Origin: Candidatus Aceula meridiana
Lineage (GTDB): Bacteria; Omnitrophota; Gorgyraeia; Zapsychrales; Aceulaceae
Assembly (NCBI GenBank): GCA_030765185.1
Contig: JAVCDE010000031.1
Span: 4,650 to 68,649 of the forward strand
DNA: 64,000 bases
Direction of reading: 5' to 3'
Below, piece by piece: positions 22,077 to 30,706 of this stretch. How positions within the stretch are numbered: the first letter of the stretch is position 1; each line of letters starts with the position of its first letter. The position numbers and the translations under genes were made by a program. The notes under the pieces were generated by a model that was not told the DNA's origin, did no database searches, and saw only the letters and a list, made by a program, of their open reading frames with translations.

Positions 22077-23423
22077 TTATTCGGTTGTAAAAACCTGGAA
22101 CCCTTTGTAAGATTCCATTCCATGCAAACTAATGTCAAGCCCCTTAAGTTCTTCTTCACGAGTAACCCTTAGGCCTTTGGTAATTTTTGCAATAACCGTA
22201 AAAATAATAAACATCATAGCCGCAACAAACGCAACGGCAGCCAACAGGCCAGCCGCTTGAATACCAAGCTGTTTAAATCCTCCGCCATGCAAAAGCCCAT
22301 CGTTAGCAAGGCCCAATGCTTTGTGGCCAAAAATCCCAACAGCCAAAGTTCCCCAAGAACCGTTCATTAAGTGAACCGGCACAGCGCCAACAGGGTCATC
22401 AACGCCGACCTTGTCTAAAAAAATCGTTCCAAGAACAACAATAATCCCAGCGATAGCTCCTATAATCAGCGCTTCGCTTGGCATAATAAATCTACAAGGT
22501 GCTGTAACAGCAACTAATCCAGCCAAAGCGCCATTCATTGTCATAGTTAAATCTGGCTTACCAAACAATTTCCAAGCAAAAAACATAGCAACTAATCCCC
22601 CTGAAACAGCAGATAAATTTGTTGTCATGGCCACGTGAGCAATAGCACTTCCATCGCCAACACTTAAGGTCGATCCTGGATTGAAACCAAACCAAGCAAA
22701 CCAAAGAATAAGCGCTCCCAAGGAAGCCAAGGGCATGGAATGGCCTTCGACCGCGTTCGCTGAGCCATCTTTGTTAAACTTTCCGATGCGGGGCCCAAGC
22801 ATCATGGTTCCAACAAGAGCTGCTGTTCCACCAACCGCATGAACAACAGTCGATCCTGCAAAATCAGCAAACCCAAGATTGGCTAACCATCCACCGCCCC
22901 AAATCCAATGTCCGACGATAGGATAAACTGTAGCTGAAATTAAAAATGAATACATCAAATAAGCTTGAAATTTCATGCGTTCGGCAACACCACCGGCAAC
23001 GATTGTGGCTGCCGCACCACAAAAAACAGCATGAAAAAACCACTCTGCATATAAAGGAATATGAGCGCCGGGTTCGATGTTATTTAAAAACCACCCGCTG
23101 AAGCCCATAAAACCATTTCCGACGCCAAACATAATAGCATACCCAAAAATAAAGAACCCAACGGATGCCATACAAAAATCTAAAAAGTTGCACATCAAAA
23201 CGTTGCACGTATTCTTTGTCCGAATAAGCCCTGCTTCAAGCATGCCGAATCCTGCCTGCATAATAAAAACCATAAAAGCAGCAATCATAACCCAAAGGGT
23301 ATCAACACCGACTTTTGACGCAAACACTACTTCTTCCTGCGCGTATACTACTGCTGGGCAAACCAAAAGAAAAGCCAGGATAAGGGCTTTTTTTCTTAAG
23401 ATGTTTTTCAAAAATGTCATCAT
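22077..23423 (-). CDS. amtB: Ammonium transporter
   Basis: MQAGF, DFAGSTVVH, WFGFNPGS, DDPVGAVPVH; twin His present. Confidence 0.97.
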   Translation of the reverse strand: MMTFLKNILRKKALILAFLLVCPAVVYAQEEVVFASKVGVDTLWVMIAAFMVFIMQAGFGMLEAGLIRTKNTCNVLMCNFLDFCMASVGFFIFGYAIMFGVGNGFMGFSGWFLNNIEPGAHIPLYAEWFFHAVFCGAAATIVAGGVAERMKFQAYLMYSFLISATVYPIVGHWIWGGGWLANLGFADFAGSTVVHAVGGTAALVGTMMLGPRIGKFNKDGSANAVEGHSMPLASLGALILWFAWFGFNPGSTLSVGDGSAIAHVAMTTNLSAVSGGLVAMFFAWKLFGKPDLTMTMNGALAGLVAVTAPCRFIMPSEALIIGAIAGIIVVLGTIFLDKVGVDDPVGAVPVHLMNGSWGTLAVGIFGHKALGLANDGLLHGGGFKQLGIQAAGLLAAVAFVAAMMFIIFTVIAKITKGLRVTREEELKGLDISLHGMESYKGFQVFTTE

Positions 23424-23467
23424 TTTCTCCTTTTTGTTATATCCTTTTTCTTTTTAGCCTCTAAAAC

Positions 23468-23517
23468 AAAAAAGAGGTCTAAACAGTCACCGCTGACCAT
23501 TTTGGACCTCATTGCCC
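23468..23517 (-). promoter_or_regulatory. ANTAR hairpin overlapping an intrinsic terminator (second attenuator of this amtB leader)
   Basis: GGGC-AATGAG-GTCC overlaps the terminator GAGGTC...GACCTC-TTTTTT. Confidence 0.8.
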
Positions 23518-23534
23518 AGAAATCGCGTGGTTAT

Positions 23535-23616
23535 AAAAAATCCCCAAAAAACTACCGCCGAGAAGACGTAATTTCTTGAGGACTTCATTGTCCAACAGTA
23601 GACGCCATTGCCTACT
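23535..23616 (-). promoter_or_regulatory. Canonical ANTAR dual-hairpin antitermination element with terminator
   Basis: P1 AGTAGGC-AATGGC-GTCTACT and P2 GGAC-AATGAA-GTCC (loops with A1 and G4); P2 overlaps the terminator GTCCTCAAGAAATTAC...GTAGTTTTTTGGGGAT-TTTTT. Confidence 0.9.
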
Positions 23617-23624
23617 TTTTAAGC

Positions 23625-23652
23625 AGTATACAATAAAAAAATTTTTTGTCAA
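23625..23652 (-). promoter_or_regulatory. Sigma70-type promoter for the downstream amtB-glnK-glnA block
   Basis: TTGACA-N16-TATACT directly before P1. Confidence 0.75.
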
Positions 23653-23693
23653 TACCCCTTTTTCAACAAAATTCCTTTTTTTGTTTTGGCTAG

Positions 23694-23722
23694 GAAGGGC
23701 GGCTTTTTAAAAGCCGCCCTTC
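23694..23722. terminator. Strong hairpin after glnK; its U-rich tail is on the plus (antisense) strand
   Basis: GAAGGGCGGCTTTT-T-AAAAGCCGCCCTTC followed by TTTCTTCTTTT on the plus strand. Confidence 0.6.
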
Positions 23723-23742
23723 TTTCTTCTTTTAAAAAACCC

Positions 23743-24084
23743 TTACCCTATCGCTTTGTTTCCAGTCTCACCCGTACGGATCCGAATGCACTGAGGCAAA
23801 TCTAAAACGAAAATTTTTCCGTCTCCAATGTTGCCAGTTTTAGCACCTTTGGCAATCGCCTTAATAGTCAGGTCAACAAACTCTTCATTCACCGCAATTT
23901 CAAGTCTCACTTTCTTTAAAAGATTGACCTGATGAACAACGCCACGGTAAGTTTCGCTAAACCCTTTTTGTTGTCCACATCCCAAAACATTAGTCACTGT
24001 CATTTTATGAACATCCGCCGCAAACAATGCTTTTTTGACATCAGGCAACTTATGCGGTTGAATCATCGCAATAATCAATTTCAT
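23743..24084 (-). CDS. glnK: PII nitrogen regulatory protein (paralog)
   Basis: Same PII motifs; highly similar to 21629-21970. Confidence 0.95.
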   Translation of the reverse strand: MKLIIAMIQPHKLPDVKKALFAADVHKMTVTNVLGCGQQKGFSETYRGVVHQVNLLKKVRLEIAVNEEFVDLTIKAIAKGAKTGNIGDGKIFVLDLPQCIRIRTGETGNKAIG

Positions 24085-24101
24085 AATCTTCCTCCTCCTT
24101 T

Positions 24102-24181
24102 AAATGAGCGTATAATTTAAGCGACTGCAAAAAGCGTAAATTATCTACGCGAAGTTATCCCGCACATAAAACGTGTCGGGA
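24102..24181 (-). repeat. 80-nt double-hairpin intercistronic element, copy 2
   Basis: Aligns with copies 1 and 3. Confidence 0.85.
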
Positions 24182-24192
24182 TAGTCTATATT

Positions 24193-25584
24193 TTATTCGG
24201 TTGAAAAGATCTGGAATCCCGCATAAGCTTCCATCCCATGCTCTTCAATATCAAGACCCCGAAGCTCTTCATTCCCGCTGACGCGAAGACCAATCGTTTT
24301 CTTAATAATATAAAACAAAGCAAACCCTGTTATTAAACACCAGACAAAAACAGCCCCTACGCCTGCTAGCTGAGCTAACAACAATTTAGCCCCGCCTCCA
24401 AAAAAGAGGCCGTTTCCTGTTGTCCCCGGAGCAAAAATGTCTTGAGCAAAAAGCCCTACAGAAATAGTTCCCCAGGCACCGCAAACACCATGAACAGAAA
24501 CAGCACCAACAGGATCATCGATGCGAAGAACCTTATCTACAAAAACAACCGCAAAAACAACTAAAACTCCAGCAACAGATCCAATAATAACCGCGCTTCC
24601 GGCAGAAACAAAAGCACACGGCGCTGTAATGCCGACTAATCCAGCTAAGGCCCCATTAAGCGCCATCGAAAGGTCTGGCTTTCCAAAAAGTTTCCACGAA
24701 ACCAGCATGGCAGCACAAGCTCCGGCTGCTGCAGCCAAATTAGTTGTTACAGCAATATGGCCGATATCTAAAACTGCTCCCATTGTACTTCCAGGATTAA
24801 ACCCAAACCATCCAAACCAAAGGATAAAAACACCTAAAGCAGCTAAAGGAAGGTTGTGTCCCGGAATAGCATTTGAGCTTCCGTCCGGATTATATTTTCC
24901 GATCCTAGGCCCAAGCATAATAGCGCCCGTTAAAGCAACCCAAGCACCGGTAGAGTGGACAACCGTAGAACCTGCAAAATCCCAAAATCCAAGATTAGCA
25001 AGCCAGCCACCGCCCCAAATCCAATGACCAACAACCGGATAAATAAGGGCTGTCACCACAACGCTAAACGCAAGGTATCCTATAAACTTCGTACGTTCGG
25101 CCATAGCTCCAGAGACAATGGTCGCTGCCGTAGCCGCAAAAACAAGCTGGAAAAAATATTTTGCTTCTAACGGAATAGTTGACCAAGCTAAAGAATCAAA
25201 CGTTCCTCCTAAATCTTTAAGAAAGAACCCGCTTGTTCCAAAGAGCGCATTTCCTGCGCCAAACATAATTCCGAATCCGATAGCCCAATAGATAATCGTT
25301 CCTACAGAAAAATCCATCAGATTTTTCATCAAGATATTACAAGCATTCTTAGCCCTAGTAAACCCTGTCTCAACAAGGGCAAATCCGGCCTGCATAAGCA
25401 TAACCAAGAAAGCCGCAAGAATGGTCCAAACAGTATCCAGGATCACTTTGTTTTCTTGAATAAGCTCCGCATTGTCAGCTATGCTCGATGCGTCTTGCGC
25501 AAACACCGGGCCTGCAAGCCCTAAACACCCAATAACAAAAAGTGCCAGAGCCTTAGGCCATATTCTTTTTAATTCTTTAAACAT
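24193..25584 (-). CDS. amtB: Ammonium transporter with signal peptide
   Basis: MQAGF, DFAGSTVVH, WFGFNPGS, DDPVGAVSVHG. Confidence 0.97.
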   Translation of the reverse strand: MFKELKRIWPKALALFVIGCLGLAGPVFAQDASSIADNAELIQENKVILDTVWTILAAFLVMLMQAGFALVETGFTRAKNACNILMKNLMDFSVGTIIYWAIGFGIMFGAGNALFGTSGFFLKDLGGTFDSLAWSTIPLEAKYFFQLVFAATAATIVSGAMAERTKFIGYLAFSVVVTALIYPVVGHWIWGGGWLANLGFWDFAGSTVVHSTGAWVALTGAIMLGPRIGKYNPDGSSNAIPGHNLPLAALGVFILWFGWFGFNPGSTMGAVLDIGHIAVTTNLAAAAGACAAMLVSWKLFGKPDLSMALNGALAGLVGITAPCAFVSAGSAVIIGSVAGVLVVFAVVFVDKVLRIDDPVGAVSVHGVCGAWGTISVGLFAQDIFAPGTTGNGLFFGGGAKLLLAQLAGVGAVFVWCLITGFALFYIIKKTIGLRVSGNEELRGLDIEEHGMEAYAGFQIFSTE

Positions 25585-25612
25585 TTTCTCCCCCTTTCTT
25601 TTTAAGTAAGCT

Positions 25613-26410
25613 TTAAAACTCAGCGCTAAAGCCTACGCCCCAAAAAAATTCATTTTCATGAGCCCCGTCACCTTCATCTTTAACATCCCCAAATGGCATG
25701 CTATAGTTGATGCTGGGAGCCATGCTTAAAAACTTTGTAAGAGGAATCGTTACTCCTCCACTTAAAGCAACATCTCCGCCTTCTCCCTTAATAAAGAGCT
25801 TGCGGTTATAACCAACATGTCCGCCTAAATCTAAGGTAATCCCATAAGAAGGAACAAGGTCAAGACTGTGGCTTAAATCCAGAACTAAGTAATCTCCCTT
25901 ACCTCCGCCTTGGCTTTCCCGGCTATAATCATGGTACCATGTAAGCGACGGCGCTAAAAAAGTATCATAGGAAAAACCTAAAACAGCCTCTTTGCTGAAA
26001 GTTCCTGCATCAGGAAAATCATAATAAACATGGCCAACGGTAACGCTGAAGGTTTCTAAATCTTTATCAAAAAGATTGAGATTCTCAAAGTCGTATGTAT
26101 ACGTCAGCGATGTATCCATTTCAGAAGAAGCCCTACCATCGGCTGCATCAATATCAAAATTTGACCAGACACCTAACTCAAAGCCATAAGCACCAATGGT
26201 GAAACCAGGCTGTATAACAAAATCGTTATCAAGCTTCATTCCGCGCCAAATGTATTTTGAATAAAGGTCTGTGGTAGCACTAATATCAACATTGATATTC
26301 TTTTCCCCTAAGAAATTTCCAATAACCGTTTTTGGCTCTTCTTGAGCCATAGAAATCCCTGCCGTTAAAACAAACATTGTTCCTACAACTGCTGTGAAAA
26401 ATCTTCTCAT
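25613..26410 (-). CDS. Outer-membrane beta-barrel, TorF/Gcw_chp-like putative porin
   Basis: Signal peptide, SKYIWRG..QPG motif, amphipathic strands, terminal Phe; lies next to amtB-glnK as known for this family. Confidence 0.75.
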   Translation of the reverse strand: MRRFFTAVVGTMFVLTAGISMAQEEPKTVIGNFLGEKNINVDISATTDLYSKYIWRGMKLDNDFVIQPGFTIGAYGFELGVWSNFDIDAADGRASSEMDTSLTYTYDFENLNLFDKDLETFSVTVGHVYYDFPDAGTFSKEAVLGFSYDTFLAPSLTWYHDYSRESQGGGKGDYLVLDLSHSLDLVPSYGITLDLGGHVGYNRKLFIKGEGGDVALSGGVTIPLTKFLSMAPSINYSMPFGDVKDEGDGAHENEFFWGVGFSAEF

Positions 26411-26454
26411 CTCAACTTCTCCTCTTTTAATTGTTTAACATCTTTTTCTTTACC

Positions 26455-26636
26455 AAAAAGAAAAGCCCCCTTCTTAAAAAGTCATCAACGACTTTAAAAA
26501 GAGGACTTCTTCGCCCACCTTAGGGACCCTTAAACCACAAAAACCCGACGGATCAATCATTGATCGGTCGAGCCTCTTTGCCCAGAAAATAAAAAACCTC
26601 TTAACCCTTCACCGGATTAAGAGGACTTCTTCGCCC
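26455..26636 (-). promoter_or_regulatory. Leader with three tandem ANTAR-hairpin/terminator modules
   Basis: GGGC-GAAGAA-GTCC (26623-26636), GGGC-AAAGAG-GCTC (26570-26583) and GGGC-GAAGAA-GTCC (26503-26516), each overlapping the base of a hairpin followed by a U-tract. Confidence 0.85.
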
Positions 26637-26649
26637 ATCTGTTACTTTA

Positions 26650-26677
26650 AATATACAACATTTTAGAAATTTGTCAA
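26650..26677 (-). promoter_or_regulatory. Sigma70-type promoter for the porin-amtB-glnK block
   Basis: TTGACA-N16-TATATT just after the ANTAR gene stop codon. Confidence 0.75.
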
Positions 26678-26687
26678 GGGCCTTTTT

Positions 26688-27929
26688 TTACTTTCTTTGA
26701 AAATCAGACATTAAAAGAATTGACTCAGCAACTTCTTTCATCGTCTTGCATGAATCCATACTTTTTTTATGAATCATTTTATAGGCCTGATTTTCATCCA
26801 AGCTATTCATGCGCATCAAAATGCCCTTAGCTCGTTCCACAAGTTTACGCGTTTCAAGGGCTTCTTTGGCCTTAACTGTCTCATCGACAAGCTTTGTGTT
26901 TTCAACCGCAATAGCAGCCTGATTTGAGACCATTTGAAGAACATTTATCTCCTCTTGTGAAAAGCTATGTGGCTTTTTAGTATAAATATTAATAACGCCA
27001 ACAATGCGGTCCTTAACAATCATTGGCACTGAAAGCATAGAGCTTAAGCCCTCTTTTATGGCCAAATCCCGATAAGCATATTTTTCCTCTATCCTAACAT
27101 CGAAATACATTTTAGCCTTGCGTGCTTTTACAGCTTCACCGCTTAAACTTTTTTCTACCTTGATGTCAGATTTTTTCTTATAATCTTGACTTAAAGATTG
27201 TGTCGCTTTAATAGAAAGCTCATTTTTCTTTTCATCTAAAAGCATAATCGAGCAAATCTTGGAATCCAGCATCTCAGCTGTCACGACCACAATAAGATTT
27301 AAAATCTCATCCAAATAGCTCTCAGAAGTAATCGACTGACTCACTTTAATGAGTTTATCAAACTGGTTTGCCTTTTTTTTCGTTTCCTCATAGAGCCTGG
27401 CGTTTTCGATAACACCGCTGACTTGCTTTGAAATGGTTGTCAAAAGATTAATTGTCGCATTGGGAGTCGAATGTACTTTTTTATACTGAATATTGATAAC
27501 GCCGCTTGTCCTTCCCTTATATATAATCGGGACAGACACAAAAGCTTCATATCTGTCTTCAGGCAAGACATCGAACCCTTTAAAACGCTTATCTTTATAA
27601 GCGTTTTGCTTAATATTGACAACTTTGCTTTCTTTGGCAACCCAACCAGTAATGCCCTCTCCGGCTCGCAGGCTAATTTTCCCAAGTTCTTGTTTGTGAG
27701 GAATTTTTGAAGCCAAAAGGATTAAATTTTTTCGGCTCTCATCAAAAAGATAAATAAAAACGGAGTCTGCTTTAGTAGCTACGCTAACAATATTAACAAC
27801 TTCCTTTAAAATCGGGGCAAGGTCTAAGTCTGAAGAAACAAGATCGACAATTTTTCGTAAAATCTCCACTTCTTGGGCTTGACTACGCAATTTAGCGGAT
27901 GTCTTTGTTTTTACAACTTGCTTAGGCAT
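26688..27929 (-). CDS. GAF-GAF-ANTAR RNA-binding antiterminator
   Basis: Two GAF repeats (GEGITGWVA..SVPI; SMLSVPMIVKDRIVGVINIY) and a C-terminal LETRKLVERAKGILM..AYKMIHKKSMD..MKEVAE ANTAR signature. Confidence 0.93.
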   Translation of the reverse strand: MPKQVVKTKTSAKLRSQAQEVEILRKIVDLVSSDLDLAPILKEVVNIVSVATKADSVFIYLFDESRKNLILLASKIPHKQELGKISLRAGEGITGWVAKESKVVNIKQNAYKDKRFKGFDVLPEDRYEAFVSVPIIYKGRTSGVINIQYKKVHSTPNATINLLTTISKQVSGVIENARLYEETKKKANQFDKLIKVSQSITSESYLDEILNLIVVVTAEMLDSKICSIMLLDEKKNELSIKATQSLSQDYKKKSDIKVEKSLSGEAVKARKAKMYFDVRIEEKYAYRDLAIKEGLSSMLSVPMIVKDRIVGVINIYTKKPHSFSQEEINVLQMVSNQAAIAVENTKLVDETVKAKEALETRKLVERAKGILMRMNSLDENQAYKMIHKKSMDSCKTMKEVAESILLMSDFQRK

Positions 27930-28027
27930 GTCTTCTCCTTAATAAATATAGAGTGTATTCTATCATAAAATTTTAGGGAATAAAAATTTTTCTTCCCGCT
28001 CATTGCTTTTAGAGGTACAATGTTTTT

Positions 28028-28411
28028 ATGACATTCAAAGACGGTAAAAAAGAAATTCTCGTTATTGACGATGACCCGGTTCAAATTAAGCTTTTAGAAA
28101 AACGCCTACCGGAGAACGGATACGCTGTTCTAACGGCTACCAAAGCCGCTGAAGGGCTTCAAATGGCTATCGATAAACACCCTGACCTCATTGTTCTAGA
28201 TGTCATGATGCCTATCATCAACGGCTACAACCTTTGCCAACTTTTAAAAGCTGAAGAAAAACACAAAAATATCCCTGTGATTATGCTAACCTCACGTGAT
28301 AAAGAAAAGGATATTAAAATCGGCCATAATGTCGGTGCTGATGCTTACCTGATCAAACCCGTAGATGTGCCTATTTTGCTTCAGAAAATCGAAGAACTTC
28401 TAAGAAACTAA
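28028..28411 (+). CDS. Single-domain response regulator receiver
   Basis: IDDD, LDVMMP, MLTS, YLIKP. Confidence 0.92.
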   Translation: MTFKDGKKEILVIDDDPVQIKLLEKRLPENGYAVLTATKAAEGLQMAIDKHPDLIVLDVMMPIINGYNLCQLLKAEEKHKNIPVIMLTSRDKEKDIKIGHNVGADAYLIKPVDVPILLQKIEELLRN

Positions 28412-28434
28412 CGCTTCCCCCTTCAAGAACGAAA

Positions 28435-28917
28435 CTACTGAAAAACTTTTGCAATCCAAGAACCAACATAGTATGTCGCAATGACAACGACAGCCGCAAC
28501 AATAAGGTGCTCTAAAATCGCATGAACCGTCGAGGAGCCATCTTTTCTGGCAATATAGCAACTAAAAGAAGCAATAGCTAAAAATCCCGCGATTACGCTT
28601 AATCCCACAGCCATAGCAGTCGGTAAAAAAATCACAGGAAAAATAAAAAGCGAAGAAACAACAAGTTTTACAATAAACGTTGCTATCGTTGCCTCCCAGA
28701 TTTCGCGTGGAGTATGCTTTGCTTCTGCTTCTTCGGAGATATGAATTCCCAAAGCATCTGAAAGCGCATCCGCGATAGCAATGGTTAAGATGCCCCCAAT
28801 AACAACCGCCTTTGACCGTGTTCCTGCATAAAGCCCAACAATAAGCCCCAATGTTGTAATAATCCCTGAGGTTAGGCCAAAGCTAATTCCTGTTTCAAAA
28901 GAATGTTTGATTTTCAT
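28435..28917 (-). CDS. VIT1/CCC1-family membrane protein
   Basis: FGLTSGIITTLGL and ADALSDALGIHISEE; about 5 TM segments. Confidence 0.75.
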   Translation of the reverse strand: MKIKHSFETGISFGLTSGIITTLGLIVGLYAGTRSKAVVIGGILTIAIADALSDALGIHISEEAEAKHTPREIWEATIATFIVKLVVSSLFIFPVIFLPTAMAVGLSVIAGFLAIASFSCYIARKDGSSTVHAILEHLIVAAVVVIATYYVGSWIAKVFQ

Positions 28918-29444
28918 TTTCTATCAAAAAATGGGTTCTTCGATGTGGCACTTAACGGAATGGCATAAGCGACTTTGACCCCTTCGCCTAAAAGCCCTAA
29001 TTCCATGGCCGCAACCCCAGCGCTATAAATAACGCGGTTATCTAATCGGTTATCCGCTGCCACGCTGACGGCAGACCCAATAGCAATTCCTAAGTCTCCT
29101 GTATTAAAAACACACGGAATATTTTCTTCCTTGCCTTTTTCTTCACAATTCTTAAATCCACACATCCCGCACTTCTTAAGTCCTAAAGGCTTTATCTTGG
29201 TTCCTAGCAAAACCATGACCGGCGCATTTAAAATACTTTGAGAATCTCGCAAAAAAACACCGGCTTCATTTTGTTTTCCGATCTCTAGCATTTTTGCGGA
29301 GATCTTCTTAATATCATTTTCTTCGGCTAAGCAAAATGCAAACGTGTCAGCTCCTCTTCCTTTCGGAGCAGTCCGCGCGGCAATGATCATTCTTTTAGCA
29401 ATTTCTTTTAAGCTTTCATTCTTTATTTTATCTTCTGAAATCAT
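28914..29444 (-). CDS. DUF2148-like ferredoxin-domain / nitroreductase-like protein
   Basis: AARTAPKG, CGMCGFKNC, DLGIAIGSA, KNPFFDR. Confidence 0.8.
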   Translation of the reverse strand: MISEDKIKNESLKEIAKRMIIAARTAPKGRGADTFAFCLAEENDIKKISAKMLEIGKQNEAGVFLRDSQSILNAPVMVLLGTKIKPLGLKKCGMCGFKNCEEKGKEENIPCVFNTGDLGIAIGSAVSVAADNRLDNRVIYSAGVAAMELGLLGEGVKVAYAIPLSATSKNPFFDRK

Positions 29445-29596
29445 AAGACCCCCCGCTTGATGAAATCCCTCGTCCCTTTATTCCTCGGGATGATTAAGAC
29501 CGATAGAAAAAACCTCGCCCTTAATCAATTGCTTTTATCGTATCATAAGAAAAAACTCTTTTCTACCGAAAAGAGTGCGTGTACAATAAATCCGTT

Positions 29597-30706
29597 ATGG
29601 ATAAGACCAACATTACAATTATTGGTGCAGGCGTCTGCGGACTGGCAACAAGCTATCTTGTTTCTAAAGAACAAAAAGATATTCTTGTCGTTGAAAAGAA
29701 TGACGCCTTTGGGCGCGAAACCTCTTCGCGCAACTCCGAAGTTATTCACGCCGGCATTTATTATCCTCCGGATTCTTTAAAAGCCGAAACATGCATCCGT
29801 GGCAAAGCCCTCCTTTATCAGCTTTGCAAAGAAAATAACATCACCCACAAACAGCTAGGAAAAATTCTTGTTGCCATCGATGATGAAGAATTTGAAAAGA
29901 TTAAAGAAATCAAAAATAATGCAGAAAAAAACGGCATTAAAAATCTTCGATTCTTAGACAATGGTGAACTTAAAAGCCTTGAGCCAAATATCAATGCAAA
30001 AGAAGCCCTCCTATGCCCGGACACCGGGATTATCGACTCCCATCAATTAATGAAATTCTTCCAGGATGAATCCAAAAAGAAAAATGTTGAATTTGCTTAT
30101 AATATCGAAGTTGTCGAAATTAAACAGGAGGAGTCAGGCTACACCGTTACCGTTAAAGAACCAGAAGGCGAACTTTTTTCGTTTCAGACAAAATATATTA
30201 TTAATGCTGCCGGGTTTGACTCTGATAAAGTTGCCCAAATGGTTGGCATTGATATTAAAAAGAATAATTATAAAATTCACTACAGTAAAGGACAATACTT
30301 CCGTATCAGTAACCCAAAAAAATTTGTAATTAATCACCTCATTTATCCGCCTCCAAGCAAAACCGATTTAGGAATTCATATTACACCGGATTTAGCAGGC
30401 GGCCTAAGACTTGGGCCTGACGCTCACTATGTTGCTGAAGTCGACTACCAAATCAATGAAAAGGATAAAGGAACTTTCCAAAAATCTGTTTCGCGATTTC
30501 TAAAAAATTTAAAAGAAGAAAATCTTACCCCCGACACCGTCGGTATCCGCGCGAAGCTTCAGGCGCCGGGTGAAGACTTTAGAGATTTTGTTATTAACGA
30601 GGAAAGCGATAAAGGGCTTAAGGGATTTATTAATATTTTAGGGATTGAATCGCCGGGCCTGACCGCCTGCCTGGCAATTGCAGAAAAGGTTAAAAAACTT
30701 CTATAA
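29597..30706 (+). CDS. FAD-dependent oxidoreductase, L-2-hydroxyglutarate dehydrogenase (LhgO) family
   Basis: IIGAGVCG, TSSRNSEVIHAGIYY, GIESPGLT; start placed at MDKTN. Confidence 0.85.
   Translation: MDKTNITIIGAGVCGLATSYLVSKEQKDILVVEKNDAFGRETSSRNSEVIHAGIYYPPDSLKAETCIRGKALLYQLCKENNITHKQLGKILVAIDDEEFEKIKEIKNNAEKNGIKNLRFLDNGELKSLEPNINAKEALLCPDTGIIDSHQLMKFFQDESKKKNVEFAYNIEVVEIKQEESGYTVTVKEPEGELFSFQTKYIINAAGFDSDKVAQMVGIDIKKNNYKIHYSKGQYFRISNPKKFVINHLIYPPPSKTDLGIHITPDLAGGLRLGPDAHYVAEVDYQINEKDKGTFQKSVSRFLKNLKEENLTPDTVGIRAKLQAPGEDFRDFVINEESDKGLKGFINILGIESPGLTACLAIAEKVKKLL

Noticed and set aside
24521-25027. Long antisense ORFs (24521-25027, 3910-4395, 23077-23457 and the other short ORF-track entries inside genes)
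   Set aside because: They are shadows of well-conserved genes, with no recognisable motifs.
26499-26637. Direct repeats in the porin leader read as a mini-CRISPR or a DNA operator array
   Set aside because: Each repeat folds as a hexaloop hairpin overlapping a terminator, next to an ANTAR gene; RNA attenuators explain them better.
29457-29780. 107-aa plus-strand ORF overlapping the LhgO-like gene start
   Set aside because: It is out of frame with a conserved gene and has no recognisable features.
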